NCBI GenBank assembly: GCA_951406725.2
Contig: OX597814.1
Coordinates: 146,134,001 to 146,198,000, forward strand
Length of the DNA: 64,000 nucleotides
Direction: 5' to 3'
Source: Octopus vulgaris
Lineage: Eukaryota
The notes under the pieces: model-generated
What the model was told of the DNA's origin: nothing
Seen by the model: only the letters and a program-made list of their open reading frames with translations
Databases searched by the model: none
Program-made: the position numbers and the translations under genes
In this document: positions 40,760-50,831 of the stretch, piece by piece
How positions within the stretch are numbered: position 1 is the stretch's first letter
Layout of the letters: each line of letters begins with the position of its first letter

Positions 40760-43258
40760 TCAGGATTTGGGCACCAAGGCCCATTCGAGCAGAGAGTTAT
40801 TGTTTGCGGAGACATATCCGGGTGTGGGTGGTTTGTCCGGTACTGTTTGAAGGAATTTGTCCAAAGACTTCTTGAATTTTGTGTGGTCAGTTTCTTTTTT
40901 GACGTGTCCTGGTGTAATGTTGAAGAGAGCAGGTCCAAATGAGGTGAAATAGTTGTGCCGTATTGTCGTTATGTGATGCGATTTAGATTTTTGTTGTGGA
41001 CGGATGGCACGTGGTCCAAGCCTTGGATGCATTTTGAAGGTGATGCCAACATCATTCGGACAGTGCTGATGGAATATTTTCCACATCATACAGATAATGT
41101 AGCGTTCACGGCGTCGTTGGAGTGAATACAATTTCAGCTTCTCTAGTCTACCCCAGTAGTCAAGGTCTGACATGCCATCTATCTTTTTTGTGATTGACCT
41201 TTGGGGAGCTTCAATTCTCATAATATTTTGTTTTGTGTAGGGAGACCACAGTGGACAGCAGTATTCAAGCTGGGGTCGGGCAAAAGTGGAGAAGAGAAGG
41301 ATAATAGCGTGGGAATCTCTCGACTGGAAGGTTCTGAGAATCCAGGAACACATTCTGCGGGCCATGTCAACTTTGCTGCTTATATGTGTAGCCCAGCTTA
41401 TGTTGTTGTCCACTGTTACTCCCAGGTCTCTGATGTTGTTGGATGCCATGAGAATTTCTCCAGAAGGAAGAGAGTATGGGAGTTTCAGAGCGTCCTCCCT
41501 TCCAAAGTGGATCAGTTCGAATTTGTCTTCATTTAGCAACATGTTATTCTTTTCCGCCCATTGGACAACAGCCAGTAGGTCTGACTGAAGGTTTATTCGG
41601 TCATCCACGCCATTGATGACCTTCTGGAGCTTGGAATCATCAGCGAAGGTTCTGATGTTGCTGTGTTTGATGGTGTCAGTAATATCATTTATGTAGATGA
41701 TGAAGAGAAGTGGGCCCAACACAGTGCCTTGTGGGACACCACTGCTGACTTTGGCTGGGCTGGATTTGACTCCCTCGACTACAACATGTTGGGTTCTGTT
41801 AGAGAGGAAGCACTTGATCCATTGCAGCAGCTTTCCAGTGACACCAATATTGGACAGCTTTCTCAGAAGGATCTTATGATCAACCCTGTCAAAGGCCTTG
41901 CTGAAATCAAGGTAGATGACATCAGTGTTGGAACCCTCTCCCAAGGCTCTCAAAATGTCATCAAAATGATGCAGTAGCTGCGTCAGGCAATCTCTCTCAT
42001 TACGGAATCCATGCTGGTTGGGGTTCAGCATATTATGACTCTCAAGGAAGTGAGTCATACGCGATCTCAGCACCCTCTCAAATACCTTGATGATATGAGA
42101 GGTGAGTGAGATTGGACGGTAATTCACGGCAAGCGATTTGTTTCCTTTTTTGAAAACTGGGACAACAGACTGGGATAGAAGGTCTTCTGGTATATATCCA
42201 GCATCCAGTGAGTTCCGCCACAGATTGGCTAGAGGGGGTGCAAGTTGGTTTTGACACATCTTCAAGACACAAGCAGGGAACCTATCGGGACCTACTGCTG
42301 AATTATGCTTCATTTCCTTTATTGCTGCTAAGACATCAGGAGCGCCAAATGTTATGTCCGATAAAGTGTATTGGGGAGTAACATCACTGATACAGCCCAG
42401 ATCAGTCATATCAGGATTGCTGAAAACAGAGCAATATTGTTTCTGCAATATTTCTCCCATGGTTTTGGCATTGTCTTGAAGAGTACCATTTTCATCAATC
42501 AGAGGGCCAACAGTAGAACCAGTGACTCTGTGTTTTTTTGCAAATGAAAAGAACACTTTGGGATTGAGTTTGATCTTCTCAATGGCCCAGGCCTCTTCAG
42601 CTCTTCGCTGACTATTGATAATAGACATCATGTTGTTTTGGAGTTTATGTTTTTTAATCTCTAGCGACGAGATGGCAGTCAGGTTGGTGTGTTGCTGTTG
42701 ACAGTATTTCAGCATGTTGATCTTTTTGTTGATTCTTTTAATTTTCCTTATGAGAGATTTTCTATTTCTAGGGATTCGACACTTAGATTTGTTTGCAGAT
42801 CTTAATGGGGTGTGTCTTGCACATATGTTCGTGATGGTGTCTACAAGTGACTGCCAGGACTTTTTGATGTTAGTGGGTGTGTATGTGTGCGTGAAGGACC
42901 AATCGACTTGTGCAAGATCATTATTGATCGCTTCCCAGTTTGCATTGTGGAAATCCATAGTGTCAAATGGATGAACAGGAGGAATGACATTTGTTTTGCA
43001 TTTTGGCCAGTGAAATCTCAGATCACAGAGAACCATGTCATGGTCGGAGAGTAGGGTTTTCTCCACTGCAATATTGTGGATAGTATCAGTGTGATTGCTG
43101 AAAATTAAGTCTAAGACGTTTTTGTGACATCTCGTTGGTTCGAGTACCAGTTGGGACAAGAAGAAGTCATCCATGAAGTCAAGAAGCGATTCCACTGCCT
43201 CCCTGTCAGGGGTTGAGAGAGAAGAACCTGGCGGCAGACTGTTTGTAGACCAGTCAAC
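40760..43258 (-). CDS. LINE ORF2, 3' part: end of APE domain, reverse transcriptase and C-terminal region (open frame)
   Basis: VDWSTNSL...EPTR..NVLDLIFSN..LSDHDMV is the APE end. RT motifs: YRPISLTS, QHGFR, YLDFSKAFD, GVPQGTVLGP, FADD. LEYCCPLWSP and YSLQRRRERY are typical of CR1-group ORF2. Repaired ORF2 would be 3018 nt (1005 aa). Confidence 0.95.
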   Translation of the reverse strand, partial: VDWSTNSLPPGSSLSTPDREAVESLLDFMDDFFLSQLVLEPTRCHKNVLDLIFSNHTDTIHNIAVEKTLLSDHDMVLCDLRFHWPKCKTNVIPPVHPFDTMDFHNANWEAINNDLAQVDWSFTHTYTPTNIKKSWQSLVDTITNICARHTPLRSANKSKCRIPRNRKSLIRKIKRINKKINMLKYCQQQHTNLTAISSLEIKKHKLQNNMMSIINSQRRAEEAWAIEKIKLNPKVFFSFAKKHRVTGSTVGPLIDENGTLQDNAKTMGEILQKQYCSVFSNPDMTDLGCISDVTPQYTLSDITFGAPDVLAAIKEMKHNSAVGPDRFPACVLKMCQNQLAPPLANLWRNSLDAGYIPEDLLSQSVVPVFKKGNKSLAVNYRPISLTSHIIKVFERVLRSRMTHFLESHNMLNPNQHGFRNERDCLTQLLHHFDDILRALGEGSNTDVIYLDFSKAFDRVDHKILLRKLSNIGVTGKLLQWIKCFLSNRTQHVVVEGVKSSPAKVSSGVPQGTVLGPLLFIIYINDITDTIKHSNIRTFADDSKLQKVINGVDDRINLQSDLLAVVQWAEKNNMLLNEDKFELIHFGREDALKLPYSLPSGEILMASNNIRDLGVTVDNNISWATHISSKVDMARRMCSWILRTFQSRDSHAIILLFSTFARPQLEYCCPLWSPYTKQNIMRIEAPQRSITKKIDGMSDLDYWGRLEKLKLYSLQRRRERYIICMMWKIFHQHCPNDVGITFKMHPRLGPRAIRPQQKSKSHHITTIRHNYFTSFGPALFNITPGHVKKETDHTKFKKSLDKFLQTVPDKPPTPGYVSANNNSLLEWALVPKS

Positions 43259-43776
43259 CCCGGGAGGTTGAAATCTCCCATCATTAAAATGTTGTCAGGT
43301 TGACACTGCTGAATGAAACACTTTATGCTGTTGAGGCATTCCTTGAAGCATGGTAGGGGCGTTTGGGGTGGTCTGTAGAGCCCAACTACTGTTAAGTTGT
43401 TGGTTTGACTGAATACAGCGACTGCTTCGCAGTATCCATTCGAAAATATGTTCATGGCTTCTGTTGAGAATGAATCATGGACATAAATGGCAGTCCCACC
43501 CTTTCTTCTGCCAACACGATCAGCACGAATGGTTTTGAAATTTTTAACTTTCACCTCGGCTTCCAAGTGGAGGTCACTAAGATGGGTTTCAGTGAGGACG
43601 AAGAAAGGGATGTGGTTTGGATGGGCCTCGACCCAGTCCTCCAGGAATCTTATCTTCCATTTTTGTGTATTGGTGGAAGGGCTGATGCCTTGGGCATTAA
43701 GCAGAAATGTTGAGGCGAGAGTGGATGGTTTTAATTGTTTTGGTGATTTGTTTATTTGATTGCTTTTTAATGGCAT
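43258..43776 (-). CDS. LINE ORF2, 5' part: AP-like (APE) endonuclease up to the frameshift
   Basis: Motifs LLNAQGI, VLTETHL, RADRVGRRKGGTAIYV, GLYRPP and MGDFNLP. Homology moves to the -1 frame right after GDFNLPG. Confidence 0.9.
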
Positions 43777-44978
43777 GTGTAGTGGGGTATTAGTGGTGGA
43801 TGGCGGTGGGTGATAGCTCGGATGTTTTTTTCCAGTTCTTTTGCTAGATTCATTATAGCTAAAAAAGAGGAAGAAGAGGTGGTTTCCTGTCTAGGGAACC
43901 GCAGGTGACTGTGGCCGCGGCTATTTTTATGTGAGTGGTTATCTTTAAATGTCCGACGAGTCCCCGGGAGATGGGTAAAGGGGCAATCCCTGTGCAAACA
44001 CAATCTGTCTCGCTGGGAATAGCGGCAGATTTGGGGATTCCTTGTTTGAGATATTGGTGGTTGTGGTGATGTTGTATTATGGTGGTTGCTGTTGTAGTTT
44101 GTGGGGATAGAGCGTTTTGTTCCAGGTAAATGGGTGAATTTGCAGTCTCTATCAGTGCACAGTCTATGGCGAAGAGAATATCGGCAAATGATGGGGTTTC
44201 GAGTGGGTGTGTAGGTGCGTGTGTGTGTGTGAGCTGTGAAAGGTGTAGATGATAGTTTGTTGAAGTTTTGGCGACCTTTGTGACCTGTAGGAGGTAAATT
44301 CCTTGAGATAGCATTAGTAGTAGTAGCTGTAGTAGTAGTAGTAGTAGTAGTAGGTAGAAGAGATGTTGACAGTGGTAATGATTGAGGAGGTCGATTCCAA
44401 GACAAAGATGTTTGTCGATATATAGTGGGAGTAGTACTAGTAGTAGTAAGCAGAGGAGATGGTGTTGACAATGATGATGATTGAGCTGCTGGGACAGTGA
44501 AAGGAAGGGGTGGTGCTTCCTGCTGTGTGACCCTGATGACTGGGGGGTCAATCGTTTCATTTAGCAAATCGGCCATTGTAGATGAATCAAGGAGTGGTTC
44601 ATCCTGTTGTTGTTGTTGAGGTTGTTGTTGTTGCCTCTGAGGTTGTTGCTGCTGAAGTTGTTGTTGTTGCTGTAGCTGTTGTTGTTGTTGTTGAGGTTGT
44701 TGTTGTTGTTGTTGCGCCGGTGATGCGTTCGAAGAGAAAACACATCTCAGTTTATCGAAGTGTTTATTTATTAATTTAAAAGCAACTTCGATTTGTTTTA
44801 ATTTATTTTGTATCTGCTGTTCAGATCGAGTTTGCAAATGGTGAACTGTTCGTTTAGCAATTTCGTTCAGACACGAAGCACCTATGCTCTCTGTTTCGGT
44901 AAGGCCATGCCATGTGTTGATAAGAACGTCGACTTCATTATCAGACCAGTTTTTGTTGGATTTTTGGTAGCTAGCCAT
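43767..44978 (-). CDS. LINE ORF1 protein (403 aa): N-terminal Myb/SANT(trihelix)-like domain, polyQ and S/T/P-rich linker, two CCCH zinc fingers
   Basis: WSDNEVDVLINTW...EIAKR...RSEQQIQNKLKQI matches the Myb/SANT-like pattern. CRYSLRHRLCTDRDCKFTH and CRYSQRDRLCLHRDCPFTH both read C-x8-C-x4-C-x3-H. The stop codon overlaps the ORF2 start (ATGCCATTAA). Confidence 0.85.
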   Translation of the reverse strand: MASYQKSNKNWSDNEVDVLINTWHGLTETESIGASCLNEIAKRTVHHLQTRSEQQIQNKLKQIEVAFKLINKHFDKLRCVFSSNASPAQQQQQQPQQQQQQLQQQQQLQQQQPQRQQQQPQQQQQDEPLLDSSTMADLLNETIDPPVIRVTQQEAPPLPFTVPAAQSSSLSTPSPLLTTTSTTPTIYRQTSLSWNRPPQSLPLSTSLLPTTTTTTTTATTTNAISRNLPPTGHKGRQNFNKLSSTPFTAHTHTRTYTPTRNPIICRYSLRHRLCTDRDCKFTHLPGTKRSIPTNYNSNHHNTTSPQPPISQTRNPQICRYSQRDRLCLHRDCPFTHLPGTRRTFKDNHSHKNSRGHSHLRFPRQETTSSSSFLAIMNLAKELEKNIRAITHRHPPLIPHYTCH

Positions 44979-45443
44979 TCTGGTTGATATGTTTTATTAA
45001 ATTTTATTTTGTTCGTTTGTTTTGTTGATTACTTTTAATTATTATTATTATTATTTTTTTTTTAAGGAGAAGTATGTAGAATTGATTGTACAGAATGTTT
45101 GTTGTAATACTGAGAAGTTTGTATTTGAATTATGAGCTTGTAGTTATTTTATCTTTCTTTTCTTTTCTTTTTTTCCCCTCTTTTTCTAATTTTTAATGTG
45201 TGGGTGATCCTTTAGTTATCAGAAGGTGTTTGAAAATATTTGGTCGTTTGAAAATTATGAAAATAGTTTGTGGTTAAGGAAAAGTCTACTCACGAGTTGG
45301 GAAAAGGCGTGGTTTCAAATATACAGGAATGTATGTGATGGTCAATTACGACGAATGTAGCTGTGAAGCTTGCTGCTGACCGGCGCAGAGAGGAGTAAAA
45401 ACACGTCTTATCGTCTCAGCTTACAATGACTAATATATATATT

Positions 45444-45647
45444 ATGCGGAGAAAATCCCTGGAGAAGGACATCATGCTCGGAATGGTCAGTGGCTAGAGA
45501 GGACGAGGCCGACCGAGAACCCGCTGACTTGACACCATCAAGAGTGATACCGGAATGGACATAGCCAATCTGAAAGAAGCGGCCCAGGATAGAACTGACT
45601 GGAGGACACTGATCCAACGAGTAACCGAGGGTCGACTTCGACTGAGA

Positions 45648-45650
<3 letters not shown>
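45444..45650 (+). mobile_element. 5'-truncated RTE-clade LINE 3' fragment
   Basis: Translates MRRKSLEKDIMLGMVSG*RGRGRPRTR*LDTIK...AAQDRTDWRTLIQRVT, the RTE C-terminal GxRxRGRP..W / A.DR..WR signature. Ends in (TA)n. Confidence 0.85.
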
Positions 45651-45700
<50 letters not shown>

Positions 45701-46144
45701 CAATAATCATACGTACATTCTTTTATACAGACGCTTTTTATGCATCTGTAGATATGGTATGCAGCAATTAAAATATTACATGATATAAAATTAAATAGGA
45801 AATATAGAGCTCGGAGTAACCGTCTGCATATGTATGAACTCTTCTATTTTTAATTAATTGAACTCTTCTTTCTTTCGCATTCAGATTTCTTTGTCACATG
45901 TATTGCTTCTTTATTCACATTGTTTTGAATCACACATCATTTTATGTCTTGAAGATTTAAATACTGTATTTGTGTATATTTAAAATGTCATTTTAGGGCA
46001 GGTCTAAGAGTTTGGATCTGGTTAGTTTTAACATAAAACAGGCAGAATATTTAGGCCGAATATGACCTGATTAAATGTTAAAGGGTTAAAGCATTAGCTG
46101 CTTACTATCAAAGACACGAAATTTCTATAGCTGGAATGAAGCAA

Positions 46145-46420
46145 ATTCACATTTCAAAGTTTAGAAATGCCTTACTTATGTTTCACATTGTCCATGTATT
46201 GTGCGCCTTAGCTGGTTGATTTCTTTTTCTGAAACCTTCAGTTTATCCATATCGTTTCCCAACCATTTACACACAAGGTCCTGTGCACCAATTATTATTG
46301 GCATAAAAGAAAATTTATAATCGTGGTATAGAGGCTGCAGTTTTCGAATTAGTGGTCTGTAGTTATCCCCTTTCTCTTTAATTTTCGAAGTGACATTCAC
46401 ATCAGCAAGGCAGCTATTTT
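46145..46420 (-). mobile_element. RLE-type (R4/NeSL-like) LINE 3' fragment
   Basis: ISCLADVNVTSKIKEKGDNYRPLIRKLQPLYHDYKFSFMPIIIGA, ending ...KAFLNFEM*. Confidence 0.7.
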
Positions 46421-46551
46421 ATATGCATTATATGCAAATAAATGTGCCTGTGTTTCTGTGTATGCGTATATATCGGTATATTTAGCTATCCATCCATCCA
46501 TCCATCAATCCATCCACCCATCCATCCATCCATCCATCCATCCATCTATCC

Positions 46552-46609
<58 letters not shown>

Positions 46610-46749
46610 ATCTTTTATTATTTTATGAAGTTGATGAATGTAGGTCACGAGATATGTATGCATGTATATAGGCGTGCGTGTGTGTGTGTGTGTATGCGTG
46701 TGTGCGCGTGTATCTGCTGAAATCTCCTTTGAATGTGGTAGATGGGAAC

Positions 46750-47240
46750 GATGACCTCGCTTGCAAATGCTATACGGACACAAACTGTGTATCGATAGCC
46801 AGCTGGAAAAGATGTTTTCCTAGGCTAAAACTACAGTAACATCGTACTTTATAGGACTGCCACATTATGTTGGCATAGAAACATTACTATCCGGTACTGT
46901 TACTGTATATCTCTCGACCAGAGATTTAAAGCAAGTTTTTCTCTATACCAGATCAGCGACTGCGTGTCACTTAGAAAATATATATTGTATTTGCAATTGG
47001 ATAGAACTTTCGTCACTAGCTTGTGGTTGTCTCACACTGAAGAAAGATAACATTCAGAAACCTAAGTCTATGAATACCACGTAAGGCTAGATTTGGGAGC
47101 GATGACTTCCCTTGCAAATGCTAAACAGACACAAACTGTATGTCATAGCCAGATGGAAAATATATTTTCCTGGGGCTAAAACAACAGTAATATCGTCGTT
47201 TATAGGACTGCCACATTCTGTTTGCATATAAACGTTACTA
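46750..47240 (+). repeat. Two diverged ~140-bp direct repeats (46750-46889, 47101-47240) related to the arms of the 54.5-kb fold-back
   Basis: Shared GATGAC..CTTGCAAATGCTA..GACACAAACTGT..ATAGCCAG.TGGAAAA..TTTTCCT.GGCTAAAAC.ACAGTAA..TTTATAGGACTGCCACATT. Confidence 0.8.
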
Positions 47241-48063
47241 TACTGCTTTAGTTTTCTGTAGAAAAATTAAGTCGAGAGCAAATGTATATGCCTAATACCA
47301 GTGGTGACTAAAGTAAACTGGCAATGGTGATGTATTAGAAATAGCGACAAACAGTGAGCCATTGAGAAAGTATTCTGCGCCACAGACTTTCCCACTTCAC
47401 TCACACCCGTCAAATCTTATGACAATCAGCTTCGTATGTTTTCTTTCATAGCTCAGTAAAATAACCTGAATAAATACGCTATATTCTGCTGACAAAAGTA
47501 ATTCGTCTCCTACCTGCTTCGGAACCAATGATATCTTCACGAGAAGATAATTCCAGCGATTATGTCGTTGGAATTTTTACACGTAACAATGACGCTTACG
47601 AGTGCATAGATACTCTACAAAGCTGAAATTATATTTCATATAAAAAAAGTAATTTCTTAGAATTATTTAAAATAAGATAATAAGTTCTCTAAAAGTTGGT
47701 GAGCATTAATTCAATTATTTCTATTGTTATTTTGGTGTAAAAATACGTCATATATATATAATGAAAATATAACGAAAATACTTTCATTTTAAAGATATGT
47801 CACTTGTGTCGTGAAAGTAGGAAATTGCTAAAATTACATCTAGAGATGTTTTTTCCTTATCTTCTAAGTATGTGTACTACGAACGTTCGTCAATGAACAT
47901 ATTTTATCGAACGCATTTTAAATTACTGTGGCGTATCTTCTATGGATACATATATATACAGTCGCTCGCGCGCACGTACACATAGGCTCACACCCATAAA
48001 TATACATATACATATATTTTTGTGCATATAAGTATTTAAGATTATACATATTTGTATATACAT

Positions 48064-48101
<38 letters not shown>

Positions 48102-48104
48102 TAT

Positions 48105-48250
48105 TTTCTACTCTAGGCACAAGGCCCGAAATGTTTGGAGATGGAGCCAGTCGATTACATCAAACCCTGTACGCAACTGGTACTTAATTTATCGACCCCG
48201 AAAGGATGAATGGCAAAGTCGACCTCAGCGTAATTTGAACTCAGAACGTA
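48105..48250 (-). mobile_element. SINE family D, 3' fragment
   Basis: CTCTAGGCACAAGGCCCGAAAT..ATCGACCCCGAAAGGATGAA.GGCAAAGTCGACCTC. Confidence 0.75.
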
Positions 48251-49711
48251 TATATATATATATATATACACACATTCATACCAACGAATATATATTTTTA
48301 CATGACTTTCAGATATGATGTTTACTACTAGTAAATGGTGAGAGATTTGTAATGGAAAATAAATTTATTGCTTTGTTTTTATCATATATTTATAACTTTA
48401 TATTCTAATTTAGTATTTATATGGTTGAAATATTTAAAGTACAGTCATCCAACCATCCAGCCATCCACAAACTTAATTCATTAAGTTCAAATAGTTTTTT
48501 TGAAAATATATTTGCTTCGAAGAGTATAACAATAATTAGAAACATACATATTAACCCTTGGGTGTCAAATCTAAATAGAACTGAAATAATTCATTACGTA
48601 TTCATAACAGTAAATACACTGCCTTATTCCCATTCAAATTAAATCCTTCTATTTTCTGGCTTGGATAATTTTTTTTAAATGCCCACAAACTTATATCAAT
48701 TGACCATCAATAATGTGAACGCTATGTTTGTTGTGCATTTTTGGGAATTAACAGATGGTAGTAAGGTAAAGGTTTTTTTTTTCCTTTTATTTCATAAGGA
48801 TTTCATTATGTGAGGAAGTGCAACATCCATGCCTTTAAGTTTCTTCAGTCAAGACAAAGATCTATTGTTTCCTTGGCTTTTAGGGCACAATATCTCGTCT
48901 GTTTCTGTTGTGTGTAGGAATGTCGAACTTGTTGACCGTTTCACTTATCACAGCAGTGTGACCCATAGCGGTATTAGCTGCAAGTCTGAAGACTAAAAAT
49001 GACTGGGGCGGGCTTGTAGACATACTGGATAATGGTATTTGGCGCTGCTGATATCTAGGCAGAAATACAAAAGCTTGTGGGTTAAGGCCTCTGGTTCTCC
49101 TTCTCTTGTTCCAGGGTTGACAGAGCTGAGCACTGTCCAGAGCCGTCAGGAACGGTCTGATTTCCTTTGATACCAAGACAGCTTACAAGATCATGTTACC
49201 ATTTCTCTGATTTCTCAGCAAACAAATGTCATGCGTTCTGCTACTTGGTCTATGTGGTTTGATAATATTTTCCTAGTTGGATACTGCATATTATGTCTTC
49301 TTCTCCGAGAGCCGGCAGAGGGTGACACCCACATGTCACATGGCCTTATAGATGAGGAAATATCTCATAGACATTGCGACTGACTGGGACACAGCTGGGA
49401 AATCACTCTATTAGAAATAACACAGTCACGTTTTTACAACACAACGCGCATTTTAAAATGGGACACTTTGCACCTTTGACAGGGTGTAATGAGAAGTTGA
49501 ATATCATTGCAAATAATATATATATTCGTCACATATGATCCGAAGCTATGTAATATTATTAAACGATAATTTCAACAGAGTTGAAACTTAATCTAGAACA
49601 TTATTGACATACATACAAGAAATCACGAATTGATAAGTTTTAGTGTAAATTTAGAGAATATATATTACTAGTTAATAATATTATAGAAGTATGTCAATAT
49701 ATAAATGACGT

Positions 49712-50050
49712 GGAGGCGCAATGGCCCAGTGGTTAGGCAGCGGACTCGCGGTCGGAGGAACGCGGTTCCGATTCCCAGACAGGGCGTTGTGTGTGTTTAT
49801 TGAGTGAAAACACATAAAAAGCTCCAGGAGACACCGGCAGGGAGTTGGCGATCCCTGTTTTAGTTTTACTCTTTCGTAACATATTTCTCTCTCTCTCTCT
49901 CTTCTTCTCTCTCTCTCTCTCTCTCTCTTCTTACTGTTTCTTGAGTAACGCTGCGATGGACTGGCGTCCTATCCAGCTGGTGGACACATACGCCACAGAA
50001 ACCGGGAAACCGGGCCCATGAGCCTGGCTAGGCTTGAATATGGCGAGGTT
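49712..50050 (+). mobile_element. tRNA-derived SINE, head B + body Y
   Basis: Same head as 35141. Body CTGCGATGGACTGGCGTCC..CCAG...GAAACCGGGAAACCGG. Confidence 0.85.
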
Positions 50051-50274
50051 TTTTTGTTTTTATATAGATGACGTTGCATCTTTGTACAAGTATTAAATTT
50101 CTGCCCACGTATACAGTTAAGCGAAGCACTGGAGCTGTTCTCAATTCTAGTGCTTTAGATGTGGAATGCTTATAATATTTGAATCGTTAGTTTAATATCT
50201 GTTACTTGTCACTGTGAATTTTTCAGAATATTCCTTTCTATACGTTATAGACAGAACGATAAAGAGCATTCCCG

Positions 50275-50497
50275 AGTCATATAGGATTATAGGGCCAGTC
50301 TCCAGATTTTTAGGGGCGCATATATTTCCCTTCGGGACGCGACGCCGCTCCGTCGCAGGATTACACACTTTTGCCAGCTGGTGCAACGCAAAATGAAATA
50401 TTTTTCTCAAGAACACAACACGTCACTCGGTCCAGGAATGGAAACCACCACCTCGTGGTCATGGATCCAACACCCTAACCACTAAACCACGCGCATC
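50275..50497 (-). mobile_element. SINE, head C + body Y
   Basis: Reverse complement reads GCGCGTGGTTTAGTGGTTAGGGTGTTGG...CCTGCGACGGAGCGGCGTC. Confidence 0.7.
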
Positions 50498-50779
50498 CCC
50501 TTCATGCATAATATTCTTGTTGGATTACATATCCGACTGAAACGTCAATCCATGGAGATGTATGTTTCTCGCTTTTGAAATATGTTCGTGTACTTTGTTT
50601 TACGATGGTAGTATATGCTGAGAGAAAATCTAATGAAGATTGAACTAGATGAATTCCATTTACAGTGACAAAGTAACAGATATTAAACTAACGATTCACA
50701 TGTTATGAGGATTCCACACCTAAAGCACTAGAATTGAAAACAGCTCTAGCGCTTCCCTTATCTGTATACGTGCACGAAA

Positions 50780-50831
<52 letters not shown>

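Larger units (their letters stand above)
40671..45433 (-). mobile_element. Apparently full-length non-LTR retrotransposon (LINE, CR1 group): 5'UTR, ORF1, ORF2 (APE+RT), short 3'UTR and tandem-repeat tail
   Basis: Two long ORFs on the minus strand. 3' tail is (TCTAAGTTAT)x2 running into (TA)n at 40632-40672. 5' end abuts a short (TA)n at 45433-45442. GC content is clearly above the flanks. Confidence 0.93.

Noticed and set aside
43111-43257. C-terminal tail of the 221-aa endonuclease ORF and the GTG start of the 811-aa ORF
   Set aside because: Both result from the single frameshift; ORF2 is one protein starting at 43776.
41201-44779. Plus-strand and alternative-frame ORFs overlapping the LINE (e.g. 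41201-41536, 41663-41977, 43859-44560)
   Set aside because: Antisense or off-frame shadows of the long ORFs, with no recognisable motifs.
48860-49380. GC-richer stretch with a 98-aa ORF
   Set aside because: No motif recognised in the frames I read, so it cannot be called an exon or element.
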